From the NCBI GenBank assembly GCA_002633005.1, contig NMRA01000056.1, forward strand, positions 9,165 through 73,164: 64,000 bases of DNA, in the 5' to 3' direction. The notes under the pieces were generated by a model that saw nothing but the letters and a program-made list of their open reading frames with translations, did not search any database and was not told where the DNA came from. The stretch comes from Phoronis australis. Its lineage: Eukaryota; Animalia; Phoronida. This document shows, piece after piece, positions 24,881-39,208 of this stretch. Both the position numbers and the translations under genes were made by a program. Each line of letters opens with the position of its first letter. Position 1 is the first letter of the stretch.

Positions 24881-25853
24881 AGTTAAACACAGAAATCCAA
24901 TCGCCGGTTCAGGATTTACTTATTCAAATTCCTTACCTATCTAGCGCACAAAATTTGGCAGACGAGTGACGATAAATTTTGTCAAATTTCTCGATAAAAA
25001 TAATTCGTTAGTCTTAATTATGACTTTGATTTTCTTCATCAATGACCTACAAAAGATAATGTAGTTTCACTAGGCTTGAGGTTCATTGCTACTCCCTTAT
25101 TTAAATGTAGCTTATTAGTTTGCCGTAGAACAACATTTGGTAAAATATGCAGTGAATGAACACATGCATGCAAACAGCGAGGGAGTTTGACTGTCTCCCC
25201 TGAAGAATACAACCCTTGAATGCCACCCAGGACATGGTATAATCGTGAAACGCCAGAAGTGTTCCCTAGCTTTATTTCTGAACTAAAATTATAAAAAATG
25301 TTTTCTTCCAACAACCCACAAGACTTGTCACTCAGAAAAATTGAAACATAATAGTCCGTTGTGAGTCCAAATAGAATTCAACATTATTTTTGATATTTCA
25401 CGTTCTACTTTAATTCACAATCAAGATAAGTGTCTATTTTTCTATAATAGCATTTCATAGTTAATGCTGATGAGAGTCCAGTCCAATTTAGCACATGAAG
25501 ACCCCTAGATTCGAGCTACAGACAGTGACATTTCGACTTTAAACAAGAAATTTTGAGTTGAGACTTGAGTTGATAATGGCTCATTAAGTGCAAGCCCATA
25601 TTTAACAGTCATCTGCATCAACCACAGTGTACACCAGCACAGAATAGAAGACACTTATCTGGAATTTTTACAAAAATATAACGGAAAATGTCAAAAACAA
25701 TGATTTTGAATGCTAAGATAAGACTCTGGGCCCAGGTCCTGAACGTGCGAGCATAGGTTAAATATTCAACAAATCCTAGTCCACGATTTTGTCACAGCAC
25801 TAAATGAATGGTGTAACTAACACGAGACTGAACATATTGCATCATCATTATTT

Positions 25854-27138
25854 AACAAGATCAATAAAAGCATTGAAATGCACGCACGGCAAACAGTGTG
25901 CTTCTAGGGGTCTTTATTGATATCATGAAAATGGCCACTAGATGGTTCGTGATATGTCAAACTCTACTGAAAATGAGAAGGTGTCTTCATAGAAAAATAC
26001 GCCATATTTCATGAAAATGTGTCCAGGAAAACCAAAAACGCAGAACCAACTAAATTGCCACTAGGCAGCACTTTGGTAGTGGGATTTGTCTGAAAGATGT
26101 CATCTCGTCTCGAGTTCATAGAAGTAAACTTGCCAAATTTTAGGAACGTCACCCAGGGGCTTAGGAGATACAGCTAAAGTGTTGCAACAGGAGGTGCCAC
26201 GTGACAATAGTCAAACTAGTCTGAAAATCAACATCAGCTGAGCTCTTGTCAGTATATGGGATCACGTGATGATCCTCTGGCAGAAACAGAGGCAAACAAC
26301 AGACTCAAAAATAACAGAAATGGCCACCGAATTCATCCGAAAATTGAAGGATGATGTCTATTACTTGAACCTATTTCCAAACGTACGGAAGAAAAACGTA
26401 AAGGATCACTGAAAATACAGGGCAAACACTAAAAATTAAAATACCACCAGGAGGCACAGTGGTAGCCCAAACATCGTGGTTATTCGTTGTCAATCGATAG
26501 GAAAGCAGTTCACAAATATCACAGAGGCAAATCTAAAAAACTTGCAAGTAGGGGGCAGAGTTTTAGAACATTCATTTACTAGTTGTCACAGTCACAAGAA
26601 AACAAAAATTTCACAAAGCTATTGCAAATAGTTAAGAAGATATAAGTGCGCACACAAAAATAACAATAATGCCACTAGGGGGTGCTACCATCCAAAAATC
26701 GACATCAGCTGTGGTCTTCTCACTGAGAACACATAGATTAATTTTCATAATCCTTTGTGTGGTTTGGCAGATAGAAAGGCACACACCACAAAACGGACTT
26801 GAAAATACTAATTTAACAGGCGCAGAACACGTCGTATCCATCCGAAAATGACAAGGCATAGCTGTCTCCTTAATAAAAAGTTAACCTATTCACTGAATTT
26901 CACAAAAATCTGTCTAGGAACTCTAAAGATACAGAGGCAAATGTGAAAAGAAAAAATGGCCACTAGGTTATGATCAATCCGAAATTGGTGTTCACCCATC
27001 TTCAGTTTTACAGAAATACATCTGACAAATATCATTAAGATCCTATTAGGGGTTCAGGAGGTGCAGCAGAGGAAGCCCAGACAGAGACAACGGCAATATG
27101 TGCCCACACAATGTACATGTATTCTGGGAGCATAAAAA
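25854..27138. mobile_element. Old non-autonomous element with an internal ~125 bp degenerate tandem array (Helentron/HINE-like architecture)
   Basis: Begins AACAAG. Units carrying GCCAC(T/C)AG(A/G)(T/G)GG-like cores recur at ~25933, 26057, 26184, 26322, 26443, 26671 and 26958. Ends with a CAGA-rich tract, an imperfect palindrome and ATAAAAA. Confidence 0.45.
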
Positions 27139-30100
27139 TGACAGCCGATTATGAGACACATATCCTAAGACACCTGGTAATCTGATAAAAACCAACACAT
27201 ATTGTAAGCATTCATGTCAGAAAAAAAATCTGTCACAGAATTTCAAGATTCCAGTGTTTTGCTATGAAAGCAGATCTCGTTATTATTCTAATACGGTTCT
27301 TTTGACGAGGTCAACACAATACAATTCATTTCACGTTGAATACCCACCACCTCAAAACCAAATAGATAACTCTGAACAGTATATGAACAACTCGATGAGA
27401 AAACCTTCCCTTTTCATAATATACCATCAAAGGATTCAGTACTGTCAGTACACAGACAAAAATACCGTTTCCCGACATGACAACTAATTCTGTAAACAGA
27501 AAATTACCGGCAGTAACTATCAGGGAGGCAAAATTCAAATTACAGAATGGCTCAACCACCTGTTAGTTCTCCCTTCATTGTCTGTCATCAGGGGAGACTA
27601 CTCTTGCAATGAATCCATCTGCTGCCCACTCGGGTATCATGACGGGTAACTCCACGTTAAATGATTTTGTTTGAATAATTTTGGCTTGTAATGTACTAAA
27701 TTTGTATGACTGATACACATGGATTGTAACACAAACCAAAAGACTAGGTGACACTCAAAGGAAATCAACATCCTGCCGTAAAATCTTTGTGAGGGACTAT
27801 CTCTTGTTCAACACACGGCACCTGCATTTTGTGAGAGAATAGAAGAAAGCCAAAAATCTTTGATTCAGTATAATACAATTATTCCTTTATAATAAAAGCA
27901 GTTATAATTAAAACCTACCGTCTGAAAAAATAAAATTTCATTTAGTACATTTATCGAAGCAAATCTGGTCTTAACCCATTCTCCCAGCCCCTCGCCTTAG
28001 TCACCAATGCAGTAGAAACTTCAAACACGACAGGAAGTAGCACGGATACATATGGCGATTCCCAGCATGCACCGGACTATTTCTGTTAAACGGTAGCTAT
28101 GTCCTTGGAGGGTGAATACTTGTACATCACACTGTTCTGTTGCATTGTTATACAGAGTCTTCACCTCTCACTAGATATCCTAAAATCAATAGAGAAGTAA
28201 ACAAACAGTTGCACCTGAGTACAATTTGCACCATTTTTATTACAAAACATTCCTGTGTAAAAATAGTCCGCTTTTCCTCCTTACTTCCAAAAACGGAAAT
28301 CAACTTAACTATATACAAAATAAACCTCCAACATTTTCATACCATGGCAGAAAATAATATCCTTCCAGAAACAGATTATTCACTGCCTAGCATGCAAGAA
28401 GAGTCAGTTTTGATATGGTACGTCAACCCTTCCAAAATTGATCTGCTTGCTCATGATAAGGTACTAGACAAAAGTCTTTCATTCAACACCAGGAATACAA
28501 TTCTCACATGAGAATGCGTACAAGAGATTTCCATTTATAAGCCTAGCCAAATACAACTCCAGTGGGTGTACACAAAAAATTTCTGAAATTATACCCAGGG
28601 AGTACATTTGACAAACAATGTGCATCGTAATTTGCCAGTGGTTCACAGGAAATTGACATTGTCTGAAACTTTACCAAGCTAAATTTTCAAACTACAACAG
28701 TAAAACTTTAGAAGAACATGCCTTAATTGGATTTTTGATTAACCTGGACAAAGTTCCATGTTACTGTTTGTTCCAGTGTGTTCACTTAGCCTTAGAAAGG
28801 ATTTAACCTTTACTTGGATAAAAACTCTTGGTTCTTAAACAAATGGTTCGCGTTATGGCATATTATAGCAGAGAATGTCTCTGTAATTTCCATAGAACCA
28901 GGTGTATAGTCAGCACTGCAAAGCTACCACCTTTACCAAAGAAGCTGAGCATATTCACAATGAAAACTGACAAGACTTGTCAGTAAAACAAGAAAGAACC
29001 AAGCTTGTAAACAAAAATTGCACTCGCACAAAAACATACCACTTCCATCAAACAAGATTACTTTTTCAATCATAGTAGAAAAAGCGTTAAATCCAGCTGC
29101 ATTATAATACCTGGCCCCAATCCCAACATGACATCAGCAACTAATACCAAAGTCAGACGATATACCTTATTGCGAAAGCACCACCCACAATAAGCACGTC
29201 CTGATATAGAACAGCACCACTCTCACTCGAAGGTATTCATCCACAATGCAACACTTCATGTGTCAATCTTTTGTAATACTGCTTCAAATGTAAATGTATA
29301 AGTCACTATCTCCTGCCCTGATTATCATGCAATTCATTATGTCGAGACATCGTTCTTCCCTTGTTAATTAATTAACGGTGGATGACATTTTGAAAAGGTC
29401 AGCCATGCAATACATTTTTTTACCTCAGTGAAAGAGCAGAGTTCAATCGAGGACGGGCCTATTCATTTCAACAGCACGTAGCTGAGAATGGTAGAGTACA
29501 GTAACCACAGTACAGACCAAAAGCATTCAGACAAAATGACCCGGAATCCATTGTCATGACTACAGGTCAAAGGTCATCATCAGAGTACAGTACTCTTCCC
29601 TTGTCAACAACAATGAAGGGAATTAAAAAGAAAGTTAGTAACGCGTATAAGTTATTCTGTTATTAGCATTTTGCAGCCTTAAAGTGGAACTTGCATGCTA
29701 ATTCCTTATATCTTTGATTGCTTGGTGAAATTAGTTAGAGACATAATTTATAACGACGAAGTAGGCTGAAAATTGCCTAATGTTTTTAAGAACGAGTTTT
29801 GTGTTGAAAATGATGCGCCGTAAATCACTCAACTGTATCCAGTAAGTATCATGACGTGGTGTTGGAGAATAGCACTGCATGATGTGGGCTATGTGAGCAT
29901 GCGAGGTACGTCATTAGTGCAAAGGTCACCTATTTGCAGAATTTGTTATTTCACATTTACAAGTTGTCAGTGAATACAACTGCACTTCGTTTAGCGTAGA
30001 TGACGTTCAAATAGCATTGTTGTTTATTTCCTGCTATACATTAGCATAGCTGGGAGCAAGCAAATACATCTTTAATGGTTATTACCAGTCATTTTTGCTA

Positions 30101-30599
30101 TTAACAGATTTTTAGTCACTATGAAGAGGAAAGGGTATTTTGTCCGATTACTTCTGCCATTGTAGTGACTGCAACATTTCATATATAACGTAGAGTGGCA
30201 ACTAATGACTAGAACTAGGACACTACAAGCAAAAGCAGTCAGCATTAATCATTAACCTCGAGGATCTCTTATCATCTCCAGGCAAAACCACCACTACTAC
30301 CACCACTATCTAACAAAAGGGGACATAAATGTAATTGCTTTTCACCCACTTGTCAACATACAATGCCAAAGTGGCCATTTTACAGGGAGTGAATTAAATC
30401 GTACCTTTTCGATGGAATATGGGTGAGAGGAATACACAGGTCACGTTTCATAAAATATCACATTTAGTTCTGATTTTTTTGTCATTTATACAGCAAATAG
30501 TGGTTTTGACAGCTGTGTCCCTATTTTTTTACAATTCCAGTGTGATGTCAAACTCTCAAGACCCTATGCCATTTGAAATCTGTGAGTAGTCAAAATTAA

Positions 30600-31127
30600 G
30601 GTTATGCAGAACCTTGTCGACAAATTTGCGTATTTAGTCAGATATCAACAAAACTACAGCTTTTAATTCAATAAAAGTACAAGTCATAATTATTTTCTGA
30701 AAGTTGAAAGCCTGTAAGATTTTTAACTTTTTATCAATCTGTCATTAATTGGGTCACGTGACCGATCGTGTCTCTTCAGTAAAATGTAGCATAAAGGAAG
30801 CTACATCAATAGCAAAACCGCGGTTTTAGCAACATGACCAATTTTTTAACACAAACATTCAAGATGAAATCTCAAAAACGCTGCAAAACTTTAATTTCTA
30901 AATTATCATAACTTGTTTTTGACCCATGAAACTTTTGATTTTTTGCAAAAAAAAATATAAAATTTTAATTAGCTTTTCGTACAAAAGTGGAACATTTTAA
31001 AAATTATTCCTTACTACAGGATTTGGGGAGTAATCATAAAGCATCTGTGAAAGTTTCCTAATTACAAATCCAATCACCAATCTCTGAGATGCAATGCTCC
31101 AAAGCTGCTCTCAGGTCCCACATCACC
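30600..31127. mobile_element. Non-autonomous DNA transposon with TTAA TSD (Kolobok-like), family copy 1
   Basis: TTAA|GGTTATGCAGAACCT ... AGGTCCCACATCACC|TTAA. The interior is homologous to 41450-41928. Confidence 0.75.
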
Positions 31128-31497
31128 TTAACCATTGGCTATCAAACACAAACGCCTGACATGGATTCAGAATAATGACAAAATGGACAAAAGGTGGCGC
31201 TTTTGAAATCGTGCATCACAGTAGTACAAAAGCGAGCGAACAGGTGGCGTGGAACCCTGAATGAGGGCCGACATTTCATCAAGTGTTACAATGGCAGATT
31301 CGGGCAACAGTCTGAGCCTAGTGCATTGATTTCACTGACTCAATGTGACTTGATAACTTGACCACCTGCACATATGACCGGTGTGATATTAAGAGAAGCT
31401 CAAAAGAACCTGAACATCATCGCATCAACAAATGCCAAGAGCTTATAGACCAAAAAGTTTCCATGGCAATACTGGGAACAAGAATGAGACAATTAAA

Positions 31498-31987
31498 GGT
31501 TATGGAGGACACAATAAAAATGTCCAAATCTGGCTAACTTCAAAACATATCATCTCAGGCTGATCGGAGTCGTATGAAACTTTTGGATGATATGCTTTAT
31601 GCACTGTTCCCCAAAACACAGGATGTGAATTTCTTTTAAAATGGTCCATTTTTGCATGAGGGGCTATGAGAAAAGGTCAAAAAAAAGTGAAACGATAATT
31701 AAGAAAACTGTAACGTCATTTTTAAGATTTCATCTCGAACATTCGTATCAACTGAAATTATGTCATATTATCGGTATGCTTGTTTTACTATCAGTGTACA
31801 TACTGTTTCGCTAAATTTCATTAAAAGACATGGTCACATAACGCAACTAATGACAGATTGTTAAAAAGTCAAAAATCAAATTCTACCAGTTCTCTACTCT
31901 CAGAAAATACTTTTACCGAGTTACAATCTATAGTTGTGTAGATACTTGGCTACACAAATAGACATGTCCACAAGGCCCTCCATAACC
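31498..31987. mobile_element. Kolobok-like TTAA element, copy 2 (inverted relative to copy 1)
   Basis: Ends GGTTATGGAGG and CCTCCATAACC. The interior is the reverse complement of copy 1 motifs (e.g. ATGACAGATTG vs CAATCTGTCAT). Confidence 0.65.
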
Positions 31988-32227
31988 TAAATGTTGAAAT
32001 TCTTTAAAAAAAACTTTCCTACCCAAGCGGGTTAAGTGTAAAGGTGAAAAGCAAAGCAAAGCAAACTGACATTCAGTTCACTTGTTTCCTGTATAAACCA
32101 CTAGCAAGCTTTTCCACTGCATGAGCGAGGCTTGTTTACAATGCCAACCACCAGTACCAGCAAGCTTTCCCTGTGAGCTGTGCTCCACGTGAAATGACAA
32201 ATAACCACGGAATCCATGTCCCAGAGG

Positions 32228-35200
32228 TCACACTAGCTGCATAGATCCCTTGTACCTGGCAAGATTATTTATGTCTTTGTAGCTGACATCATGGGTCTCT
32301 CCATTGGGCATGCTTAGGTGGAAGTGATTATGAAGATTAAAGTCTGAGCGAGTCCTCTGTAGTGGAGACAGGTGGAGCAGTCCATCACTGAGGTTGGATG
32401 TGCTTTTCACATAAGGTAAAATATTTCTTCTGTGCTTAGCCATGTTTTGATCGTACTTTGCCTGAAAAAATATCGTTTGAAGAGGCTACAAACCCATATT
32501 CCGTGCAAAAAGCAGCCTTTTGATTCAGAACACTTGCAACTAAATATCCTCTTTAACTTATTCTCTACTCGGAAAGGTGACTTCTGAATTTGCAAAGATC
32601 TGAGAGTTTGTCGTTCCTCACGACCATACTCGGTGCATTAAATGTCGTTCCTCACGACCGTACTCGGTGCATTAAATGACACGCTGTGACAAGCAAACTT
32701 GCAGAGCCTGGTCTCAAGTAGGAACAAACCTCTTTCCACGTTATCACCAAAAACCAGTGATTTAGATTGTTTTCGAGTTTTCCACTTGTTCTCGGATAAA
32801 AAGCGATTTCTGGTCTTGAGATGAACATTTGATTTTTGCTTGAAGACGTATTCGGCGCACAGAATGATGAGACAGATTGAGCCAACTAGGGCCTCAACTC
32901 AAGCAATTACAAACTATCACTTCATCCTGAACCCAAAAACAAACTTATGGTCAGGATAAGAGAGAGGTTAAGACCAAGTTTGTTAAGGTAAGGGCTCAAA
33001 ATCTTCAGTTTATCTTCATGAGAGAAAGCTGCGATAAAATCTCATCATCAGAGATAAAAATGAGAGAGAAATCATACTTTTTCATTTTCAAAGATTTCTA
33101 AACAATTTTTGTGAACGCCCACAACTTCTCGAAACATTGCCTAATAGTAGTTACCGTATAGAACTTGAAAATCATAAAGCATTTATTTGGTACAACTTAT
33201 TTTTTACACAAAGGCATGATGTAAGTAATGTAAGATGTAGACCATTCTGATGCTGCTGTAGTACGAAGGTTCAAAAAGCAGGACAGTTGGCTACTACACA
33301 AGTCACGAACGCGAGACTGCGAGCGCATTTGGAGGCCGAAGCGGCCCACTACTTAAAACTAATCTAATATTCATCAAAATAAACACATCTGAGATGGTTT
33401 AATGTTTCAATGATACCGTGTGGAAGTGGCATAATTATGGGGGAATTAAATCTTTATTTCATAACTCGACACTATTTCTTTTTTCAGCAATCGTAACACA
33501 ACAAGCTATTGAAACATATAAATGTCACAAAATAATAGCCAGGCTAGTTAGAAGCCCAGGATATGCACACCAAGTTCACATGGGCGCCAAACAACCTACC
33601 TTGTTATAACCGAGGACTCCTAAAACTGCGGTTAGCATACCGAGAACGTTCGTGACGGACACTGGATTTTTCAGCAGTATTAATGATGCGCAAATGACGA
33701 CGATACGCTTCGAAGCGTTGGCGACAGCGTAACTAAGGGGCGTGACCAGTGCTATGACGGTAAAGGCCACCACGTTTTGACCAAACATCGACAAGCCGTC
33801 TAGGGCTAACAAACAGACGGACCAGAATAGCTTATCAGGTTGTAACTGCAACAAAGTAGACAAGGACTTTCGATTAATCATTTGATATAAGACTGGACTA
33901 CTTAATATGAAGAATTACTAACAATAAAAACTGCTGTACTTGGGGAGAGCTTATCGAATTCACTAAATAACAGGCATCAAACTGGTTCTTAAAATGTGGG
34001 CACACTTCATCTGACTATTGCCAAAGTCACGGCACTGGAACTGTCATAAAAAGACAATTTTCACTTTTTAGTTGAAGACACGTGGTTTCTTCTTTATGAA
34101 AGCATTTTAATTGGGGCATAAAAAATTATCAATTGATTCCAAATCGAGCAGACCACTCCAACGTCAAATTTTTAGGACAATAATCAGTCGCTTCATGATC
34201 ACAGCTAGAAGTATTTCTTAACATTTATAAGCTACTATAATTGCAATTATAAACAATCACAAAAAAATCTGTTTGAATTTATATACCAACATCGACGTCA
34301 GCAATCTGAAATTTCAACTGTACATTGAGCCTGGGCTGAGTTTCGGAGACACAAGAATCTTGCAAGAAAAACTAATGAGATCATGTGCTTCGCTTGTAAT
34401 ACACAGAAATATCTCGCAAAGACTTGCGCGTGATCTAGCTTTTTTGCAAGAGTATTACATCTATGGAACAGGCACTGGCTTGAAAAGAAAATTATTTAAC
34501 AAAATTGAGCACATCACAACAGACATACCACTGAGTCATTCTGTAAAATTCGCCTCAGGTCAAAGATGAGCCAAAACGGGAAAAACATGACAGAAGATAT
34601 CCTCGCCAACAACAAGAGCAGACGTAAATGATGCATTCCCGTTTCCTTTAGGCACTGAAAACAAAAAATTTTAACATCAGAATAGAACGACAAAATGTGC
34701 TATGCACATAATTATTTGTTCACCTGTTGTTCAAATGCTTGTTTGAAATATACTAATGTCAATTTTAACTATGCGATAGTTTATTCACCTGTCCAGTGAA
34801 CTACAGAATATGGTGGTTTTCATTTTCAAAGACTTTGTCAATGTCCACAATTTTCCACATCTTTGGCTGATGTTACGGTAACGCTGCTTCATGTTAGCAC
34901 ACAATATGGCAGAACACTGAAATTTTATTTCGTCAAAATTTTCAACAAGAGTAAACCAGAAGATTTAATTTTATTTTATTATTTGAAAACTTTATACAGT
35001 ACACCTGTCATCAACAAACAGACAATAAAATTCTGAATATTTTGGCAACATAGTGAAAAATGAAAAAAAGACAATTTTGGCCATTCTTTTTGCTTGAATT
35101 TGAGGAAACTTTACTGTAGCTAAGTTATAGAATTTAAAAATAACAAAGCATTTGTTTGGTGCTATTCACCTTTTCTGAAAATATGAGAAATAATCGTGTC

Positions 35201-38200
35201 CTAAATTGCTGCTTGTTTCACACAAAAATAATTGGCTGCCAAGTCCTCATTTTTACATTTTTCATAGGCCGATTACTTTGTTACAAGCAATAGAAGCTTT
35301 ACCAAAAGTTGTTCTACGGCACCTAAACAGTAATGCTAGTAATAGACTAAATTTCGCTTTATCTTTGTTTTTGTGGAGATATTGACAAAATAGAATCTCA
35401 CAGTAAGTCCAAACTAAAGATTGAGATTGGGCGTCAAAACAAACATGAGCATAATTAGTGAAATATTTGAAAATTCAGGGGAGGACATTTAAACCTAGAC
35501 AGATACCTTAGTTTAGTAAAGCGTCAACTGACTACTACCTTAAACAAAAAAATGCGGAACTATTATTCCAATTCACAATCGCAAAATGGAAGGAGTTTGA
35601 AACTAACACAAAATCTAAAAAAGGTACACAAAACAACAGTCCAAGGCACTGTTGGCAAGGAATTGTTTAAGAAATACAATGGATACCTTTTTAGAAAATA
35701 TATTTAAAAATGCAAAGCCCATCGTAGCAGATAATGCGCTGATCATCCCAGTCATATCAAATGAGATTTCTGTAACCGTGGCAACGCCGACTCCAATGAC
35801 TATAGGCAGTAGGGATGTGTAAACCTATGAGAATAAAACACAAACAATTAGAAAATGAGACCACAATCTGAAGCACTTTGTGAGCAGAGTCAATGCTGGG
35901 ATACAATATGTATGATTAATAACACCAAGCGTAATTATGCTAGTCTTCAGTTTGGGATAGAGCACCGGCCCAATTCCCAGATTTTTGATCAGCCACAATC
36001 AATGTTGTAAGCACTATGGCACACACAAAAACGTCTCATTAGCGGCTATATTCAACAATTTTATGAACTGCTAAGGCTATTTCAGACTGTCGATACAAAT
36101 CACAGAGTTCCATATTTGAGAAATTTGATAAATGCCAAAATCGTCCATGACCCGGTCGTCAGGATGAAGAAAATTCAATTTCCACTCGAAATTCGGTGTC
36201 CAAAATTGTAGAGACAACCAAAATAGAGAACTTTTACTGTAGTATGTAACGTCATTTACAAATAGTTTCAGAAGAGTACAGACTTCCACTTTGAGAATGC
36301 TATTACACAAAATGTGGTTATGTGGCTAGCCTACAAGCTAAATCACTGAACTTGAACTAAAGTGCTTCTCACAAATGTTTGATTTTGGTGTTCCATAGTC
36401 ATGACTGGAAACCCACAAATCACGTCAATTTCTGAACTTGACTGATATTTGACCATTGCAAAACTCTTGTAAATTTTTTATCAAATAAAATGTTTAGTTT
36501 AGTTATATAAAATAAATACTGCCTATTAAAAATTTACTTCTTAGTCAATAGGACAGTCCTGGATAGAAATCTTTTGTCCTGGAGGTAGGAAAACGCACGT
36601 AGACGATAGACTCATTTTAGAAAAATCAGACTAATTCTAGGAATCATATCAGAAACTGTTGCATCCACAAATACTTAATTTTCTGCTGTGAGAGTTACAG
36701 CCCACAAAACAGTAGCAGAAGTTTGCTGGCATTAGCAGGTCAACTACAGTTAATAAGCTGCAGACAAAAGATGGAAAAAATTAGGCACCAACAAATAACA
36801 TGAGAAACTCCAATGGTACCAAAATGAAGCCAGGCAACTGCTTGACAGATGTTGCAGCTTCGTGGGCTCACATAGCCCGCTTCATGCAGTGTTATTCCCC
36901 AGCACCAATTAACGATATTAATTGGACACGGTTCAGTGATTTGTGGCGGATCAGTTTTGCTCCAAAACTCATTCTAAAAACATTTGGAAATTTTCAACCT
37001 ACTTTGTATTCACATTGTCTCTATATGTGTATTTCTAACTTATTGAGCAAAGTGCAGTAATTGATTTATTTTTTCATATTATTTACTCAACTGGATGACT
37101 CAAAATATTTATCATATTATTTAGCCAAGCAATCACAGAGATGAGGAATAAGCCTGCAAGTTCTACTTTAAGAAGATTTACCAATATTTTTTTCTGATTT
37201 ACATATTCATAAATATTTTAACTAATAATTACTTACAGCCCATGTCTGTTTTTCTCGTAATATTAATCTTGATAAAAATACCGTGAACAATGGCAGAGAG
37301 GCCTTGACTGAAATAAGAATACAATATAAAATGAAACTTAGCACTATGAATATTTCGTCACAATTGGTGTCTGGGATAAAAAATTTTCTTCACTTTTTGA
37401 ACAAATTTGTACGACATGCGGTGTACAAATTAATAAAATTCAACCGAAGACAAAAAATGTCATTTCCAGCACGATATTGATTTTTATAAATAAATTTATT
37501 GTTTTTGACTGCTGTGCTAGAATTTCATTCATTTGTTCAGGCAGAACACAATTTCTAATTCAAAGTTAAACGATACTCTCACAGTGCTGGACAAACTGGT
37601 TGCTTTTGATGAACTAGTCGTCTTCCTATGTGTTGACCGAAGAGAACGATGAAAAATGAACGCTACCATAAATCAGCTTATTTTCACAATTCTCCAATGG
37701 ATATTTATCATTACACGATCATGGATACTTCTGTCCGTCCTCTGACTGACTAAAGTCCAATGCGACGACTTCTATTATGAGCTGAAGTTGACTGGTATAA
37801 CCATGGAATACCCATTTAAACTACCCAGACAACAGGTTGCCAAATATTCATGAATTGGCCACTCAAGGCATTGTACAAACTACATTTAGTATACCAACAC
37901 TTGCCTATGGGCTTAGTGACAATTGTAAACATGGGCGGCACAGCATTGAAAAAAGTAGGGGGGGGGGGGGCTGAAGCTCCCCAGCCCCCAATGGTGCGCT
38001 GCCCATGATAAACCCCTGACCCATCTAGAACTCCTTGGATATTTTTGTAGTCTTAAATCATCCAGGCTTGGAAGTGTTTCATATAGATCTGCACATGTAT
38101 GTACTGCAAACATGTGAATTTCAACTGGAGAATGCCGTCTAATACGCCAAGACTCTGTGATAACAGGCTTAATAAATAGAGTTAACAGTTCATCATGAGA

Positions 38201-39208
38201 CAGACTAAGGGCTGAGAATGACGATGCCAATGATTTTTGAACCTGCTATACAGCTGAAGTCAGGATTTTGTTCTGTCTCTTGACCAACGTTCTTACCTGT
38301 TATGAATGGAGTATTGATCACACATGCGCAGATATAAAAAACCTCCAAGGGACAATTTGAGGCTATGAAATAAGGCATTCTGGATGGCCCAAGCCAAGTA
38401 AACCAAGAAATCAAACAAAGATTTAGCACATTGAATTAGGTAAGAACATGTTAAACAAATACACAACAATAACTCAAAGGAAAGAGTCACAGTTTTTGCA
38501 CAATAAAACAAATATCAACCAGTCTCTCAGACATATCAGGTCACAAGGTCATCAGGAGAAAAATGACCATCTGATCCGATATCACCCTCGAGATCGCTCC
38601 ATAGTGTTGTAGAAGACAATAAAAGTGCAGTCGGCGAGTAGCCGCACTCTTCAAGGGAGTAACATTTGCTCTCAAGCCATTCATTTGGTAGTTGTTATTG
38701 ATTTATACAACTTTCTTATACAGGTAGCTGGCTGGTCCAGGCTCCATTCCTGATGGTTGCCATTCACTGGAAGATTCAACTCGACAACCAATGTTGTAAA
38801 TGTAATTGATTGATAAATACTACAGTCTACACGCTCAGCCACAACAGCACGAGTCTGCCTGGACAAATAATTACCTGTGTGTGCATAGGACACTGGTACT
38901 TTCCATAGACTAACTTGTGCAGAGGCTGATGCAAATAGTTTACCGAAAGCCAGTGGTAACACCATAGTGAAATAATATTTGTTGGAGATGTCTTCCGATT
39001 TCCTGACTCGCCAACACTTCAATATGGGCGGTAAATAAATAGTCACAGAAACTAACTGAACCATTGCTACAGTTAGTGGGTATGGAAATTCACTCAATAG
39101 TGTCTTGACAATCACATTACCACCAGCGCTCAAAGTATACCAAACCAGGCACAGGAATAAAATCCGAAAAGCGTCTTTGTATGGATGACTGTCTTCATCA
39201 GCTGTCAT
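32228..39208 (-). CDS. SLC35E1: Solute carrier family 35 member E1-like (TPT / nucleotide-sugar transporter family), ~382 aa
   Basis: Exons 39208-38875, 37307-37237, 35824-35687, 34654-34529, 33845-33600 and 32461-32228, all GT-AG with consistent phases. Motifs: [84 protein letters not shown]. Confidence 0.93.
32609..32676. repeat. 34 bp tandem duplication
   Basis: TGTCGTTCCTCACGACC(A/G)TACTCGGTGCATTAAA occurs twice with one mismatch. Confidence 0.9.

Noticed and set aside
28058-28074. TTCCCAGCATGCACC as a ZNF143/Staf site marking an snRNA gene
   Set aside because: Isolated motif with no recognisable snRNA or proximal element nearby.
34790-34916. AG...GT-bounded open segment in SLC35E1 intron 3 as an extra exon
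   Set aside because: No similarity to the family and incompatible phase; the flanking exons already join in frame.
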